64,000 bases of DNA from Akkermansiaceae bacterium (GCA_051251915.1 JBPOGF010000001.1:192001-256000); one strand, 5' to 3'; numbered from the stretch's first letter, positions 37,620-48,400 are shown. Numbers and translations are program-made. Notes: generated by a model not told the origin, from the letters alone.

Positions 37620-40364
37620 CTATAGTTTACGAATGCCTTTGAGTTCCTTTGCGGGGAGTGGTTTGCGGGTGGGTTTGAGTTCCTTTGTTGGTGTAGGTTT
37701 GGGGATGGGTGTTGGTTCTTTTGTTGGTGTAGGTTTGCGGGGGGGTATTTGTTCCCTTGTCGGTGTTGGTTTTCGGATGGGTTTTCGGGTGGGTTTTAGT
37801 TCTTGGGGTTGTTGTGGTTTTGGGGTGGGTCTTAGCTGTTGTGGTTGTTGTGGTTTGCGGATGTCTTCTATTACTTTTCTGGGTACTGGTTTGTTGGCGT
37901 CTTGTAGTCCGTTTGTTGAGTTGGTTTCTTTTATTTCTCTGTCTGGGGTTTGGATGAGGGGGCCTGAGCTTGGTCTGGCTTGTGGGTTGAATGTGCCTCC
38001 TCCGCTCCATGTGAGTGAGCCGCTGTGAATGGGGAGGATGCATTGTGGGTATCCGAAGCGGTTGAAGGATCTGCCTTGTGTTCGGCTTTGTTCTCTAAGG
38101 GTGCTCCATGATATGGAGGTGTTGAAGCTGCCTAGTGGCGTGGCGGATGAGTGGACGAAATCATGGTTTCTTCTTTTGGTTTTCATTCTGATCTCTAGGC
38201 CAGTTTGAGGGGTGTTGTAGGCTAGTAGGAGGTCGTCTGCGGTGTTTGTATCAAATTTTCCGAGGAGTGCTGGGAGTGTGTCTACTGCGGAGCCGTCTGG
38301 GTGTGTTTGTGTTTCTTTGGTGTATGAGTTGTTATAGATGTCTGCGTAGTATGTGGTGGTGACTAGGGCAGATTGTGAGTTTCTGGAGCGTAGTAGTAGG
38401 TCTGATTTGTAGTCTTGATTAAAGTCACCGACGATGGACGCTAGTGTGTCTACTGCGGTGCTTTCTGCTAGTTTTTGGATAAAGCGGGTGTAGTTTCCGT
38501 TTCCTATGGAGAGGAAGGTGATTAGTTGTAGTTGTCCTGAGTTTTTGTCTCTGTCTAGGATGATGAGGTCGGATTTTTTGTCTCTGTTGAAGTCGCCGAC
38601 GTGTGAGCGGATGTTTTGGGTGTTGATCCATCCGTTGTAGGTGTATTCTCGGTATTGGAATGTGCCGTCTCCGTTGGAGATGCGGGTTCTAATTTTGAAT
38701 CCTTCTGGGCCTTGCCACCAGTATATGAGGTCTGTTTTTTTATCTCCATTTACGTCTGCGGCGTGAAGTCTAACGGTGCCGTTGACGAGGATTCCGCTGC
38801 CGTCACCGGCTATAAACTCGGTGGGGGTGAATGTGCCGTTGCCATTGGAGAAGCAGGTGAGGAGCTTGAGGCCTTGTGTGGGGTGTTGGTGGCTGAGTAT
38901 GATGTCTGAGTATCCGTCTCCATTGACATCTCCTATTATTGGGTTTGCGGAGTCGTAGCTGTGGTTGTAGTTGAGGTTTTGGATTATTTTGGTGAAGCTT
39001 CCTTGTCCGTCTGAGAGGAGGGTGATGAAGTTGATGGTGGAGTTTGGTAGTCTTTCCATGAGGAGGAGGTCTGATTCTTTGTATTGGTCAAAGTATCCTG
39101 AGAGCATGGGGGTAAGGTCTGATTTTTCGCTGAGGTTAAGGGGGTATACGTGTGGGGTGAATGTTCCGTCTTTGTTGGAGAGTGCGGTTCTGATTTCTAG
39201 TTGGTTGCTGCTGGTGCGGACACGGAGGGCGACGTCGCTCCAGTTGTCTGCGTTGATGTCTAGTGGGTATTTGAGTGTTGGGAGGTGGTTGGTTTTTACG
39301 CCCACGGCCTGAGAGAATGCGGCATCGATGTGCATGATGCCTGAGCCGACGGTTTTGTTGAGAAGGTCTGCGTCATTGAAGGCTCCTCCCATGTATGTGT
39401 GCTCGTAGTTTAGCCAGTGTTGTTTGTACCATCCGAGGTCTGTGTTGCTGTTTTTCCAAGTGAATGCGCGAATTGATTTTTTGAGGTCTTTTGCGACCAT
39501 GCCACCGCTGTGCAGGATGTAGACGAAGAGGTTTTCTCTGAGGTGTGGTGGGAATGTGACGTCCATGTTCACTTTCCAGCAGTATTTGCTATTGTCGTGG
39601 GGGTTGATGGTGGTGCTGTTGTTTTCGTAGACTTCTAGGTATTGTTCTGTGGAGATGGGTTTGTATTCGTATTTAGGGTTTTTGCAGACTGGGTCGTAGC
39701 CTTGGACGACCATGGGGACTTTGGCAAAGGATGAAGTTTGTCTAATTCTGCTGGCTAGGCGGAACATGAGGGCGCCGCCTCTGCTTTGACCAGCGAGGAC
39801 GATGATTTCTAGGTTTGCTGGGTTTACTCTTGAGGTTAGGAAGTTGTAGTAGGCTGTTTCGCGGCGTTTTTTTTCGTTTTCTGTTATGAAGTAGCCAAAT
39901 TGGGCATCGCAGGCGAGGAGGAAGAGGGTGGATTCTTTTGGGAATTTCCCGGAGGTTATTAATTTGGAGGCTAGTGATTTTGCATTTAGTTCCATTGTGG
40001 CTTCTTTTCTTAGGTCATTCACCATGAGGTTTTTATAGTTGTCTGGCTGGCCTGTTAGGACGTTGGTGTATCCTTTGTTGTAGTTTTCGCTGAGGATGTG
40101 GTCTTCTCCGAATGGGTCGTCTGTTTGCTGGCCTGCGGAGATGAATACGACTCTTTTAACGTCTTCTTTAGCTGGGGCGCTGACAATGGAGAGGAAGGTT
40201 TTTTTGATGGCGGAATTACTAACTCCTGCGGCTCTCCATTCTGGGAAGTGTGGGTGGTCGCTGAGGTTCGTTGCGAGTTTCATTAATGTGACTTCTTCAT
40301 CTGGCTTAGCTAGTTGGGTGAAACTTAGAGCAAGTAGTAGGTATGTTAGGAAATATTTTTTCAT
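37620..40364 (-). CDS. Secreted alpha/beta-hydrolase fused to FG-GAP/VCBS repeats and a Pro/Thr/Lys-rich tail
   Basis: Signal peptide; GQSRGG nucleophile elbow; ~7 DxNxDxxxD-type repeats; KPTPTKE-type C-terminal repeats. Confidence 0.75.
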   Translation of the reverse strand: MKKYFLTYLLLALSFTQLAKPDEEVTLMKLATNLSDHPHFPEWRAAGVSNSAIKKTFLSIVSAPAKEDVKRVVFISAGQQTDDPFGEDHILSENYNKGYTNVLTGQPDNYKNLMVNDLRKEATMELNAKSLASKLITSGKFPKESTLFLLACDAQFGYFITENEKKRRETAYYNFLTSRVNPANLEIIVLAGQSRGGALMFRLASRIRQTSSFAKVPMVVQGYDPVCKNPKYEYKPISTEQYLEVYENNSTTINPHDNSKYCWKVNMDVTFPPHLRENLFVYILHSGGMVAKDLKKSIRAFTWKNSNTDLGWYKQHWLNYEHTYMGGAFNDADLLNKTVGSGIMHIDAAFSQAVGVKTNHLPTLKYPLDINADNWSDVALRVRTSSNQLEIRTALSNKDGTFTPHVYPLNLSEKSDLTPMLSGYFDQYKESDLLLMERLPNSTINFITLLSDGQGSFTKIIQNLNYNHSYDSANPIIGDVNGDGYSDIILSHQHPTQGLKLLTCFSNGNGTFTPTEFIAGDGSGILVNGTVRLHAADVNGDKKTDLIYWWQGPEGFKIRTRISNGDGTFQYREYTYNGWINTQNIRSHVGDFNRDKKSDLIILDRDKNSGQLQLITFLSIGNGNYTRFIQKLAESTAVDTLASIVGDFNQDYKSDLLLRSRNSQSALVTTTYYADIYNNSYTKETQTHPDGSAVDTLPALLGKFDTNTADDLLLAYNTPQTGLEIRMKTKRRNHDFVHSSATPLGSFNTSISWSTLREQSRTQGRSFNRFGYPQCILPIHSGSLTWSGGGTFNPQARPSSGPLIQTPDREIKETNSTNGLQDANKPVPRKVIEDIRKPQQPQQLRPTPKPQQPQELKPTRKPIRKPTPTREQIPPRKPTPTKEPTPIPKPTPTKELKPTRKPLPAKELKGIRKL

Positions 40365-40574
40365 ATTGTTCTTATCAAGAAAGAATTAAATTATTATGAC
40401 AGGTTCTTATATGGTTTACGTAGTTAGGGGTCAAGGTGTATGTTTTTATGGGAGTTTTCCTTGTTGTATAAGTCATTATTTTCACAAGGGAGTACCTCAA
40501 TAAAACTTGTTCATTACAAGTTGTGATGCTAGCAACCTGTGGGTATATTATGTGAGATCATGTTAGTAGAAGAT

Positions 40575-41951
40575 ATGAAATTTAGAGTGAGTGTTGGTTT
40601 TGTAGCATCCTTGTTTGCGATAGGGGGATGTAGTCCTGTGCCGATGACTTCGCTTGAGCGGGTGGAGCCGATTGTGGCGGCGGGGATAGAGTATCAGGGG
40701 GCGGGTGGTGCTTCTTATGCGGGGAGTTCGGTTTGGTGGAGGAGTTTTTCTGATGGGAGATTGAATAGTGATGTGGAGGCGGCGTTGGCGGGGAATTTGT
40801 TGCAGCGGCAGTTTAGTGCACGGATTGATCAGGCTGCGGCGTTGTTGCAGAAGGAGCAGGCTGCGTTGTTTCCTAAGTTGAATCTAACAGGTTCTGGTGG
40901 GGTGGACTTGGAGAATCCTGATGCGCTTGAGGGGACGGCTTCTTTGGGTGGGTTGTTTTCATGGGAGGTGGATGTTTTTGGGCGGATTCGGCAGGGGGTG
41001 AGGGCTAGTGAGGAGGATTATAGGGCTTCGATTCAGGATTGGCTGGGTGGTAGGTTGGTGCTTTCTGCGGCGGTGGCTGAGACGCGGTTTTTAGCGATAG
41101 AACAGAGGCAGCGGATTGATCTTTTGAGGCAGCAGTTGGAAACGAATGAGACGCTGAAGGAGTTGGTGCAGTTGCGGGTGGCGCAGGGGATTTCATCGCG
41201 GGTGGATTTGCTTCAGCAGGAGCGGCAGATGGATGCGGTGCGGAGTTTGCTTCCTGAGGCTGAGGCGGAGTTGGTGGCGGCGGAGTATGCGCTGGATGTG
41301 TTGGTTGGGAAGTCTCCGGGTTCGAGGGGGAGGGATGGTCGCAGGTTGTTGCCGGGGTTACCGGGGAAACCTGGGTTGGGGGTGCCTTCTGGGTTGTTGC
41401 TTAATAGGCCTGATTTGTTGGCGCAGTGGCATAGGATAAGGGCGATAGATGCGCGGGTGGCGCAGGCTTTGACTGAGAGGTTGCCGAGGGTGACTTTGGG
41501 AGTATCGCTGGATGGTGGGGTGATTCAGAGTGCGGGTGCTTTGTTGAGTTCGCTGATAGCGGAGGCTGCGATGCCGGTGCTGGATGGTGGTGAGAGGCGT
41601 GCGGAGGTGAAGTTTAGAAGGGCGGAGTTGGAGGCGGCTTTGTCTGAGTATTCACATCGTTATTTAGAGGCGGTGAGGGATGTGGAGACGGCGGTTGTTA
41701 GAGAGCGGAAGCAGGCGGATAGGATTCGTCTAACAGGTCGTCAGCTGGAGACGGCTAGGGAGACGCTTAAGGAGACTCGGGTAAGGTATAGTCAGGGGTT
41801 GAGTGATTATTTACCAGTGATCGATGCGCTGCGGGTGGTGCAGGATTTGGAGTTGTCGATGGTGACGCTTCGGAGACAGAGTTTGAGTATACGGGTGGGT
41901 ATCCACCGTGCTATAGGAGGGCCTATGCCGAGGGTGCAGGCTGGAAAATAA
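40575..41951 (+). CDS. RND efflux outer-membrane lipoprotein (NodT/OprM family)
   Basis: Lipobox IGGC, WWRSF.D, SWEVDVFG, LLLNRPD. Confidence 0.88.
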   Translation: MKFRVSVGFVASLFAIGGCSPVPMTSLERVEPIVAAGIEYQGAGGASYAGSSVWWRSFSDGRLNSDVEAALAGNLLQRQFSARIDQAAALLQKEQAALFPKLNLTGSGGVDLENPDALEGTASLGGLFSWEVDVFGRIRQGVRASEEDYRASIQDWLGGRLVLSAAVAETRFLAIEQRQRIDLLRQQLETNETLKELVQLRVAQGISSRVDLLQQERQMDAVRSLLPEAEAELVAAEYALDVLVGKSPGSRGRDGRRLLPGLPGKPGLGVPSGLLLNRPDLLAQWHRIRAIDARVAQALTERLPRVTLGVSLDGGVIQSAGALLSSLIAEAAMPVLDGGERRAEVKFRRAELEAALSEYSHRYLEAVRDVETAVVRERKQADRIRLTGRQLETARETLKETRVRYSQGLSDYLPVIDALRVVQDLELSMVTLRRQSLSIRVGIHRAIGGPMPRVQAGK

Positions 41952-41967
41952 TTTATCATTTTAGATC

Positions 41968-43143
41968 ATGAAGAAGAAAAATTTTGGAGTTTTGTTAGGG
42001 ATTATTGTTGTGGCTGTGGCGGGCTGGGGTTCATGGCGGTTGATTGAGACGGCGCCTACTCAGCAGGCTGAGGATAAGCCGAAGGTGGCAAAGAGTGTGC
42101 AGGTGGTGAAGTTGGTGGCTGGGGATCAGGATGTGAGTGTGGTGGCGTATGGGAATGTGGTTCCTGCGCGGGAGGTGAAGGTGGGGCCGGAGGTGAGTGG
42201 GAGGGTGATTTCTCATCATGATCATTTGGTTCCTGGGGGGCGGATAGCTGAGGGTGAGGTGATGTTTGAGATAGATCCTGCGGATTATGAGGTGGAGCTG
42301 CGGGATGCTCAGAGTGTGCTGGCTGAGGCGCAGTCTGATGTGGATCTGGAGGAGGGTAGGCAGGCTGTGGCGTTGAGAGAATTTGAGCAGTTGCGGAAGG
42401 ATCTTCCGGGGGTGGCGATTAATGAAGATTTGGTTTTGAGGAAGCCGTTCAAGGCGCGGACTGAGGCGGCGATGGATAGGGCGATGGCTGCGGTGGCGAT
42501 GGCGGAGTTGAAGTTGAGGCGGACGCAATTTAAGGTGCCTTTTAATGCGGTGGTGCTGGATGAGACTGTGGAGGTTGGGCAGATGGTGGATTCTGGTAAG
42601 GAGATGGGGACGTTGGTTGGGTCTGATGCGTATTGGATTCATGTGAGTGTTCCTTTGCAGCAGTTGAAGTGGGTGAAGGTTCCTGATCCCGGATCTGAGG
42701 GGCCTAAGGCGGTGGCAAGGTTGGTGTCTGGTGATGGTGAGGATCTTACATGGGAGGGGAGAGTTGTTAGATTGTTAGGTGGATTAGAAGAGCAGGGGAG
42801 GATGGCGAAGGTGGTGGTGGAGATTCCGGATCCGCTGGATGCAAATCCTAAGCAGCAGATGTTGCTAGGGTCTTATTTGCAGGTGGATATTGATGCTGGG
42901 GTGCTGGAGAATGTGATAGAGATTCCCAGGGCTGCTTTGCGGGAAGGGGATAGGATTTGGTTGGTGGGGGATGACCATAAGTTGGTGATTCATGATGCGG
43001 ATATTTTATGGCGGAAGGAGAATGCGGTGGTGATACGGAATGATGTGAAGCCGGGTGAGCATCTGGTGGTTTCAGATCTGCGTGCTCCGGTTCCGGGGAT
43101 GGCGGTGGTGCCTGAGATGAAGGCTATGGAATCTAACAAATAA
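41968..43143 (+). CDS. RND efflux periplasmic adaptor (MFP)
   Basis: N-terminal TM, EVSGRV, lipoyl/coiled-coil pattern, IPRAAL. Confidence 0.88.
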   Translation: MKKKNFGVLLGIIVVAVAGWGSWRLIETAPTQQAEDKPKVAKSVQVVKLVAGDQDVSVVAYGNVVPAREVKVGPEVSGRVISHHDHLVPGGRIAEGEVMFEIDPADYEVELRDAQSVLAEAQSDVDLEEGRQAVALREFEQLRKDLPGVAINEDLVLRKPFKARTEAAMDRAMAAVAMAELKLRRTQFKVPFNAVVLDETVEVGQMVDSGKEMGTLVGSDAYWIHVSVPLQQLKWVKVPDPGSEGPKAVARLVSGDGEDLTWEGRVVRLLGGLEEQGRMAKVVVEIPDPLDANPKQQMLLGSYLQVDIDAGVLENVIEIPRAALREGDRIWLVGDDHKLVIHDADILWRKENAVVIRNDVKPGEHLVVSDLRAPVPGMAVVPEMKAMESNK

Positions 43144-43155
43144 TAAGTAAGACTG

Positions 43156-46100
43156 ATGAAATCACTAGGTAGCCAGCAGAGAGATAAGGGTTTATTAGCG
43201 TGGTTTGCGCATAATCATCATGCTGCGAATTTGTTGATGATTGCTGTTTTGGCGGTTGGGATTGTTTCTATTTTCAAGGTTCGGCAGGAGGTGTTTCCGG
43301 TGTTTGCGCTTGATACGGTGGAGGTGGCGGTGCAGTACCGAGGGGCTGGGCCGGAGGAGGTGGAGAAGTCTGTGATTTATCCGATAGAGGCTGAGTTACG
43401 TGGGTTAGAGATGATTCGGAGGGTAGAGGCGACGGCTTCTGAGGGGTCTGGTAAGGTGGTGGCGGAGCTTTATCCGGGGTTTGATAAGAATAGGGCATTG
43501 CAGGAGGTGACGGCTGCGATTCAGCGGGTTTCTGTGTTTCCGAATGATATAGAGCCGCCTGTGGTGAGTCTGGGGACGGGGCGGAGGAGGGATGTGATAA
43601 GGGTGTCGATAGCGGGGGATTTAGGGGAGCGTGAGTTGGTGGATTTTGCGCGGCAGGTGGAGACTGGGATGTTGTCACAGCCTGAGATTTCGTTGGTGGA
43701 ATTTAGGGGGGTGCGTGAGCCTGAGATAGAGATAGAGATACCTAGTGCGACATTGAGATCGCTAGGGATGACGCTGGGTGATGTGGCTGAGCGGGTGAAT
43801 GAGACTGCGCTGGATGTGCCTGGTGGGACGTTGAAAACGCCTAGTGGGAACTTGCAGTTGAGGACGAAGGAACGGCGTGAGCGGGCGATTGATTTTAGGG
43901 ATGTGCAGGTGGTGAGTGAGTCTGATGGGACGCGGGTGAGGTTGTCTGATATTGCTACGATTACTGATGGTTTTGAGGAGAGTGAGGAGGAGAATTATTT
44001 TTATGGGCAGCGGTCTGTGACGCTTTCGGTTTTTTGTTCTGATAATGAATCTCCGCTGGTGGTGGCTGATGCGGTGAGGGCGTTTATTGAGCAGCAACAG
44101 AAGAGTTTGCCAGAGTCTGTGAGTATTAGTTTATCGCGTGATCGTTCTGTGGATTTCAAGGAGCGGGTGAGTTTATTGATGGATAATGGGTTTACTGGGT
44201 TGGTTTTGGTGTTGATTACTTTGGGGTTGTTTCTTGATTTGAGGGTTGCGTTCTGGACGGCTATTGGGATTCCGATTTCTATTCTTGGGTCGATTGCTTT
44301 GTTGCCTGTGGGTGGGGCTACGATTAATATGATTTCGTTGTTTGGGTTTATCATTACGTTGGGGATAGTGGTGGATGATGCTGTGGTGGTGGGTGAGGAG
44401 ATTTTCCATAAGATTTCACAGGGGCAGTCTAAGCTTACGGCGGCGATTGAGGGGGCGAAGTCGATGACTATGCCGGTGATATTTGCGGTGGTGACGAATA
44501 TTATCGCGTTTTTGCCGTTGTTCTTTGTTCCTGGTGAGAATGGGCAGTTTTTCCAAGTGTTGCCGGCGGTGGTGATAGCGGTGTTTGTGGTGTCTCTGGT
44601 GGAGTGTTTGTTTATTCTTCCTGCTCACTTGGCGCATGCTGGTGGGGACAAGGGTGATAAGGGATTTTTCGGGAAGATTAATGCTGTTCAGACTCGGTTG
44701 AGGCACAGGATGGAGAGCTGGATGGATCGCTGTTATCAGCCGTTGTTAGATTTTTCTATTCATCATCGGGTGCTGACTTTGGCGGTTTTTGTGGGGACGC
44801 TGGTGGTGACTGGGGCGTATGTTTATAGTGGGAGGGTGAACTTTAAGTTTAGTCCGCAGATTGAGGCTGATTTTATTCAGGCTGAGATAGAGATGCCAGC
44901 GGGGACTCCGGTGGCTAGGACGCGGGAGGTGGTTTTCCAGATAGAGGAGGCTGCGAAGAAGGCTTTGATTTTATCGGGTGAGGGGGAAATCCGTGAATTG
45001 ACCACGAGTATTTCGACGTTGGTGGGTGATGGTGGGCCGCACATTGGGGAGGTGGCGGTGACGCTCATTCCGCAGAGTCAGCGGGAGATTACTGGTCGAG
45101 GGTTTGCGGATTTATGGCGTGATCAATTGCCTGAGATTCCTGATTTGGATTCGATCTTTTTTGATTATTTGGTGGGGCCTGGCGGTGAGGCTGAGATAGA
45201 TATTCAGCTGGCGCATCCTGATTTGGATGTGCTGCGGGAGGCTGGTGATGCGGTGGCTTCTGCGGTGGCGAAGTATCCTGGGACGGCAGATATCCGGAAG
45301 GGATCTGGGCGAGAGACGCCGGAGTTGCAGTTTGAGTTGACGCCTGCGGGTAAGGCGTTGGGGCTCACTACAAAGATGGTGGGGGATCAGGTGAAGGATG
45401 CTTATTTAGGGGCTGAGGCGTTGCGTCAGCCACGTGGGCGTGAGGAGATACGGGTGATGGTGAGGTTACCTGAGAGTGAGAGGAAGTCTGTGGAGGGTTT
45501 GAAGAACTTTTTGATTTTGACTCCTGGTGGTGGGGAGATTCCTTTGAGTGATGCGGCGCGGATTATTACTGCGAATGCGCCGTTGAAGATTAGCCGGGTG
45601 GATGGTGGCCGAGTGATGCGGATTACCGGGAATGTGGTGGCTGGGGTGACTTCAGGGAATAAGGTGATTTCTGCGTTAGAGAAGAATGAGCTGCCGGAGA
45701 TTATGGCGGCTTATCCTGGATTGACCTATACTTTTGAGGGGGATCAGCGTGAGCAGAGCGAGGCGATGACTGATCTTGGGTGGGGATTGTTTGTGGCGAT
45801 GTTTGCGGTGTATGCGATTATGGCGGCTTTATTGCGTAGTTATATTCAGGCGCTTATAATCTTGTTGGCGATTCCGTTTAGTTTGGCTGGGGCGGTGATG
45901 GGGCATGTGGTGTTGGGGTTTGATTTGTCGATTTTTAGTATCTTTGGGATGATTGCATTGTGTGGGATGGTGGTGAATGGTGGGTTTGTGTTGGCGGTGA
46001 CGAGGCAGAGATTTATAGCGGATGGGATGCTGATAGAGAATGTGACTAGAGAGGCTGCGGCTCGTCGTTGTAGGCCAATTTTGTTGACGTCTATTACGAC

Positions 46101-46302
46101 GTTTGTGGGCTTGGCTCCGATGATTTTGGAGGATGGTATGCAGGCGTTGTTCTTGGTGCCGATGTCGATCAGTTTGGGGGTGGGGACGTTAGCTTCTTCT
46201 GCGGTGATACTTTTGATCATACCGGCAGCGTTTACACTGACAGAAACGGTTGGGGCGTTTGATGCTGATGCGACGGTGGATGCTGATGATAGGGATGCGT
46301 GA
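43156..46302 (+). CDS. RND efflux permease (AcrB/AcrD/AcrF family)
   Basis: 1048 aa; GIVVDDAVVVGE, R.RPILLTSITT. Confidence 0.93.
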   Translation: MKSLGSQQRDKGLLAWFAHNHHAANLLMIAVLAVGIVSIFKVRQEVFPVFALDTVEVAVQYRGAGPEEVEKSVIYPIEAELRGLEMIRRVEATASEGSGKVVAELYPGFDKNRALQEVTAAIQRVSVFPNDIEPPVVSLGTGRRRDVIRVSIAGDLGERELVDFARQVETGMLSQPEISLVEFRGVREPEIEIEIPSATLRSLGMTLGDVAERVNETALDVPGGTLKTPSGNLQLRTKERRERAIDFRDVQVVSESDGTRVRLSDIATITDGFEESEEENYFYGQRSVTLSVFCSDNESPLVVADAVRAFIEQQQKSLPESVSISLSRDRSVDFKERVSLLMDNGFTGLVLVLITLGLFLDLRVAFWTAIGIPISILGSIALLPVGGATINMISLFGFIITLGIVVDDAVVVGEEIFHKISQGQSKLTAAIEGAKSMTMPVIFAVVTNIIAFLPLFFVPGENGQFFQVLPAVVIAVFVVSLVECLFILPAHLAHAGGDKGDKGFFGKINAVQTRLRHRMESWMDRCYQPLLDFSIHHRVLTLAVFVGTLVVTGAYVYSGRVNFKFSPQIEADFIQAEIEMPAGTPVARTREVVFQIEEAAKKALILSGEGEIRELTTSISTLVGDGGPHIGEVAVTLIPQSQREITGRGFADLWRDQLPEIPDLDSIFFDYLVGPGGEAEIDIQLAHPDLDVLREAGDAVASAVAKYPGTADIRKGSGRETPELQFELTPAGKALGLTTKMVGDQVKDAYLGAEALRQPRGREEIRVMVRLPESERKSVEGLKNFLILTPGGGEIPLSDAARIITANAPLKISRVDGGRVMRITGNVVAGVTSGNKVISALEKNELPEIMAAYPGLTYTFEGDQREQSEAMTDLGWGLFVAMFAVYAIMAALLRSYIQALIILLAIPFSLAGAVMGHVVLGFDLSIFSIFGMIALCGMVVNGGFVLAVTRQRFIADGMLIENVTREAAARRCRPILLTSITTFVGLAPMILEDGMQALFLVPMSISLGVGTLASSAVILLIIPAAFTLTETVGAFDADATVDADDRDA

Positions 46303-46306
46303 TTAT

Positions 46307-47059
46307 TTATGGTAGCTTCCAGGAGGCGCGGTACTTTTTATAATCGGCGGCGGTGAGGAGGACGTATACTGGGTTTTTGTTTGGGTCGATTTTTGAGATG
46401 AGTGATTTTAGTTGGGTTTCATGCATGGTGGTGCAGCCTGCGGTTGGTTTGGAACCGCCGCCTCGCCAGATGTGGAAGAAGATGGAGCTGCCTGCGTTAG
46501 GGGTGGCGCGTTTTCTTGAGGTTGCTTCGTTGTGGGCGATGAAGAGTTTGAGTGAGTGTGCGTGGTCGCCTTGGCGCATCTGGGCTTGCTTTTCCCAGGT
46601 GTTTTTAGGCTCGTGTGGGATGAGGATGTGGCGGTTGTAGTAGGGGGACTGAGTGTCCTCGACCCAAAGATCTTTGGTGGTGATTTGTTTGTAGGGGAGA
46701 GAGGGGAGTTTTTGGATGGCTGGAGCGTAGCCGAATGCGTAGCCAGACTCTGAGCCTATTCTAAAAATGCCTGCTGGAGAGCGACCGTCGCCTTCTTTTT
46801 TTCTGATACCTGCGAGGTTTGAGGGATGGAGGCCGATGCCCCAAGCTAGTCCGTTTTTGCCGAGTCTGCCTTTCAATGCTGAGCCGGTTTGTGACCACCC
46901 TGAGTTACTTTTTTCGAAGAGTGAGAGGGTGACGTGGGAGGAGTTGTTCTCAGGTGCGATGCCTATGATGACTTGGCGGGAGTTCGCGGGGAGCTGGCTG
47001 TGTGCTAAAAGAGTGGTGAGCAGGGTAGCTAATAGAGTGAGTAGAGATATTTTTTTCAT
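46307..47059 (-). CDS. L,D-transpeptidase/carboxypeptidase (YkuD family)
   Basis: Signal peptide; KKEGDGRSPAG, GSSIFFHIW...PTAGC. Confidence 0.85.
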   Translation of the reverse strand: MKKISLLTLLATLLTTLLAHSQLPANSRQVIIGIAPENNSSHVTLSLFEKSNSGWSQTGSALKGRLGKNGLAWGIGLHPSNLAGIRKKEGDGRSPAGIFRIGSESGYAFGYAPAIQKLPSLPYKQITTKDLWVEDTQSPYYNRHILIPHEPKNTWEKQAQMRQGDHAHSLKLFIAHNEATSRKRATPNAGSSIFFHIWRGGGSKPTAGCTTMHETQLKSLISKIDPNKNPVYVLLTAADYKKYRASWKLP

Positions 47060-47209
47060 AAATGTTATTTTGATGACTAACTGTAGCCGTAGTTTGGCTT
47101 GGTAGCAAATAGATATGGAATGGGTAGTGGCTCAGTGGATTGTAGTTATGGTTAACATTTTTTAAGGTTGCGCGATATCATGGTTAGGTGTATCATTCTG
47201 GTGACAAGT

Positions 47210-47545
47210 ATGAAAACAGTTGTTACAATACCTTCCTTATTGAGTCTCGTGTTGATCGCGAGTTCTTGTGGTTCTTCAAATGATGTTGAAGAGCCTGTGA
47301 TTCAACAGCCTATCAGGCCTCCTGCTGAGTATTTACCGCCAGCTATTGATGAGCCGGTAAGTTATAATCAGACGGCGATTCCTGTAAACTCGGCGATACC
47401 TGTGGCTAGGCGAGTGGCAGGGCGACCGGGTTTTGTATTTAACCCTTACAACCAGAATATGGTTGAAGTGGAGGGGATCATGGCTGGGACTAAGGTGCGT
47501 GATCCGCAAGATTATGATCCTAGTCATATCTTTGTGGTTCCTTAG
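47210..47545 (+). CDS. Small lipoprotein with PVA..V..PY..DP domain
   Basis: Lipobox ASSC; IPVARRVAGRPGFVFNPYNQNMVEVEG..GTKVRDP..IFVVP. Confidence 0.7.
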   Translation: MKTVVTIPSLLSLVLIASSCGSSNDVEEPVIQQPIRPPAEYLPPAIDEPVSYNQTAIPVNSAIPVARRVAGRPGFVFNPYNQNMVEVEGIMAGTKVRDPQDYDPSHIFVVP

Positions 47546-47702
47546 GTTGTTGGGTAGTCTTTTAGGGCTAGCTTTTTTTCAGAAAAACGGTTGCCAATTT
47601 GGGTGATCAGTCTTAAGTGTCTTCACGTCGTCCGTATGGGCATTTATCTTGTACGGAGACTTTACTTATCAACACAAAATTTAACATTACTCATTTAATA
47701 TC

Positions 47703-48329
47703 ATGTCAGTATTAGTCGGAAAAAAAGCACCATCCTTCTCAGCGAAGGCAGTCGTAAATAACCAAATTGTGGAAGATTTTTCACTGGAGCAGTTCATTGG
47801 GAAAAAGTATGTCGTTCTGTTCTTCTATCCAAAAGATTTCACTTTCGTATGTCCTACTGAATTGCATCGCTTCCAGGAAGAGCTAGGGGAGTTTGAGAGC
47901 CGTAATGTGGAAGTTGTTGGCTGCTCTACAGACTCAGAGTTTTCTCACTTTGCGTGGCTCAATACTCCGAAGAATAAGGGAGGAATCGAAGGTGTGAAAT
48001 ACCCACTCGTGTCTGATATTAACAAAACAATTGCGGAAGATTATGATGTTCTGGCTGGGGAAGCTCATGTGAATGAGAATGGCGACTATGAAGTGGAAGG
48101 TGAATTGGTTGCGTATCGCGGGCTTTTCCTCATTGATCTTGATGGAAAAGTGCGTCACCAGGTGGTGAATGACATGCCACTAGGTCGCTCAATCCGTGAG
48201 TGTCTCCGTGTGATCGATGCGTTGCAGCATTTCGAGGCACATGGTGAAGTTTGCCCAATGGACTGGGAGAAGGGTTCAGCAGCGATGACTGCGGATCACG
48301 CTGGAGTTAGCGCTTATCTATCTAAGTAG
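47703..48329 (+). CDS. ahpC: 2-Cys peroxiredoxin (AhpC/Prx1)
   Basis: FFYPKDFTFVCPTE and GEVCP motifs. Confidence 0.93.
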   Translation: MSVLVGKKAPSFSAKAVVNNQIVEDFSLEQFIGKKYVVLFFYPKDFTFVCPTELHRFQEELGEFESRNVEVVGCSTDSEFSHFAWLNTPKNKGGIEGVKYPLVSDINKTIAEDYDVLAGEAHVNENGDYEVEGELVAYRGLFLIDLDGKVRHQVVNDMPLGRSIRECLRVIDALQHFEAHGEVCPMDWEKGSAAMTADHAGVSAYLSK

Positions 48330-48366
48330 GTTCTATAGCGAATCTACTTCTAACAGAATCAAAAAT

Positions 48367-48400
48367 AAAGCCTACTTGGATTAATCTGGGTAGGTTTTTT
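48367..48400 (+). terminator. Intrinsic terminator after ahpC
   Basis: aaagcctacttgga-ttaa-tctgggtaggtttttt. Confidence 0.75.

Noticed and set aside
37630..37860. DNA tandem repeats as a separate element
   Set aside because: They simply encode the KPTPT/PQQPQ low-complexity tail of the 37620..40364 protein.
47625..47662. Hairpin in the ahpC leader as an ncRNA
   Set aside because: It is a single GU-rich stem with no recognisable family features.
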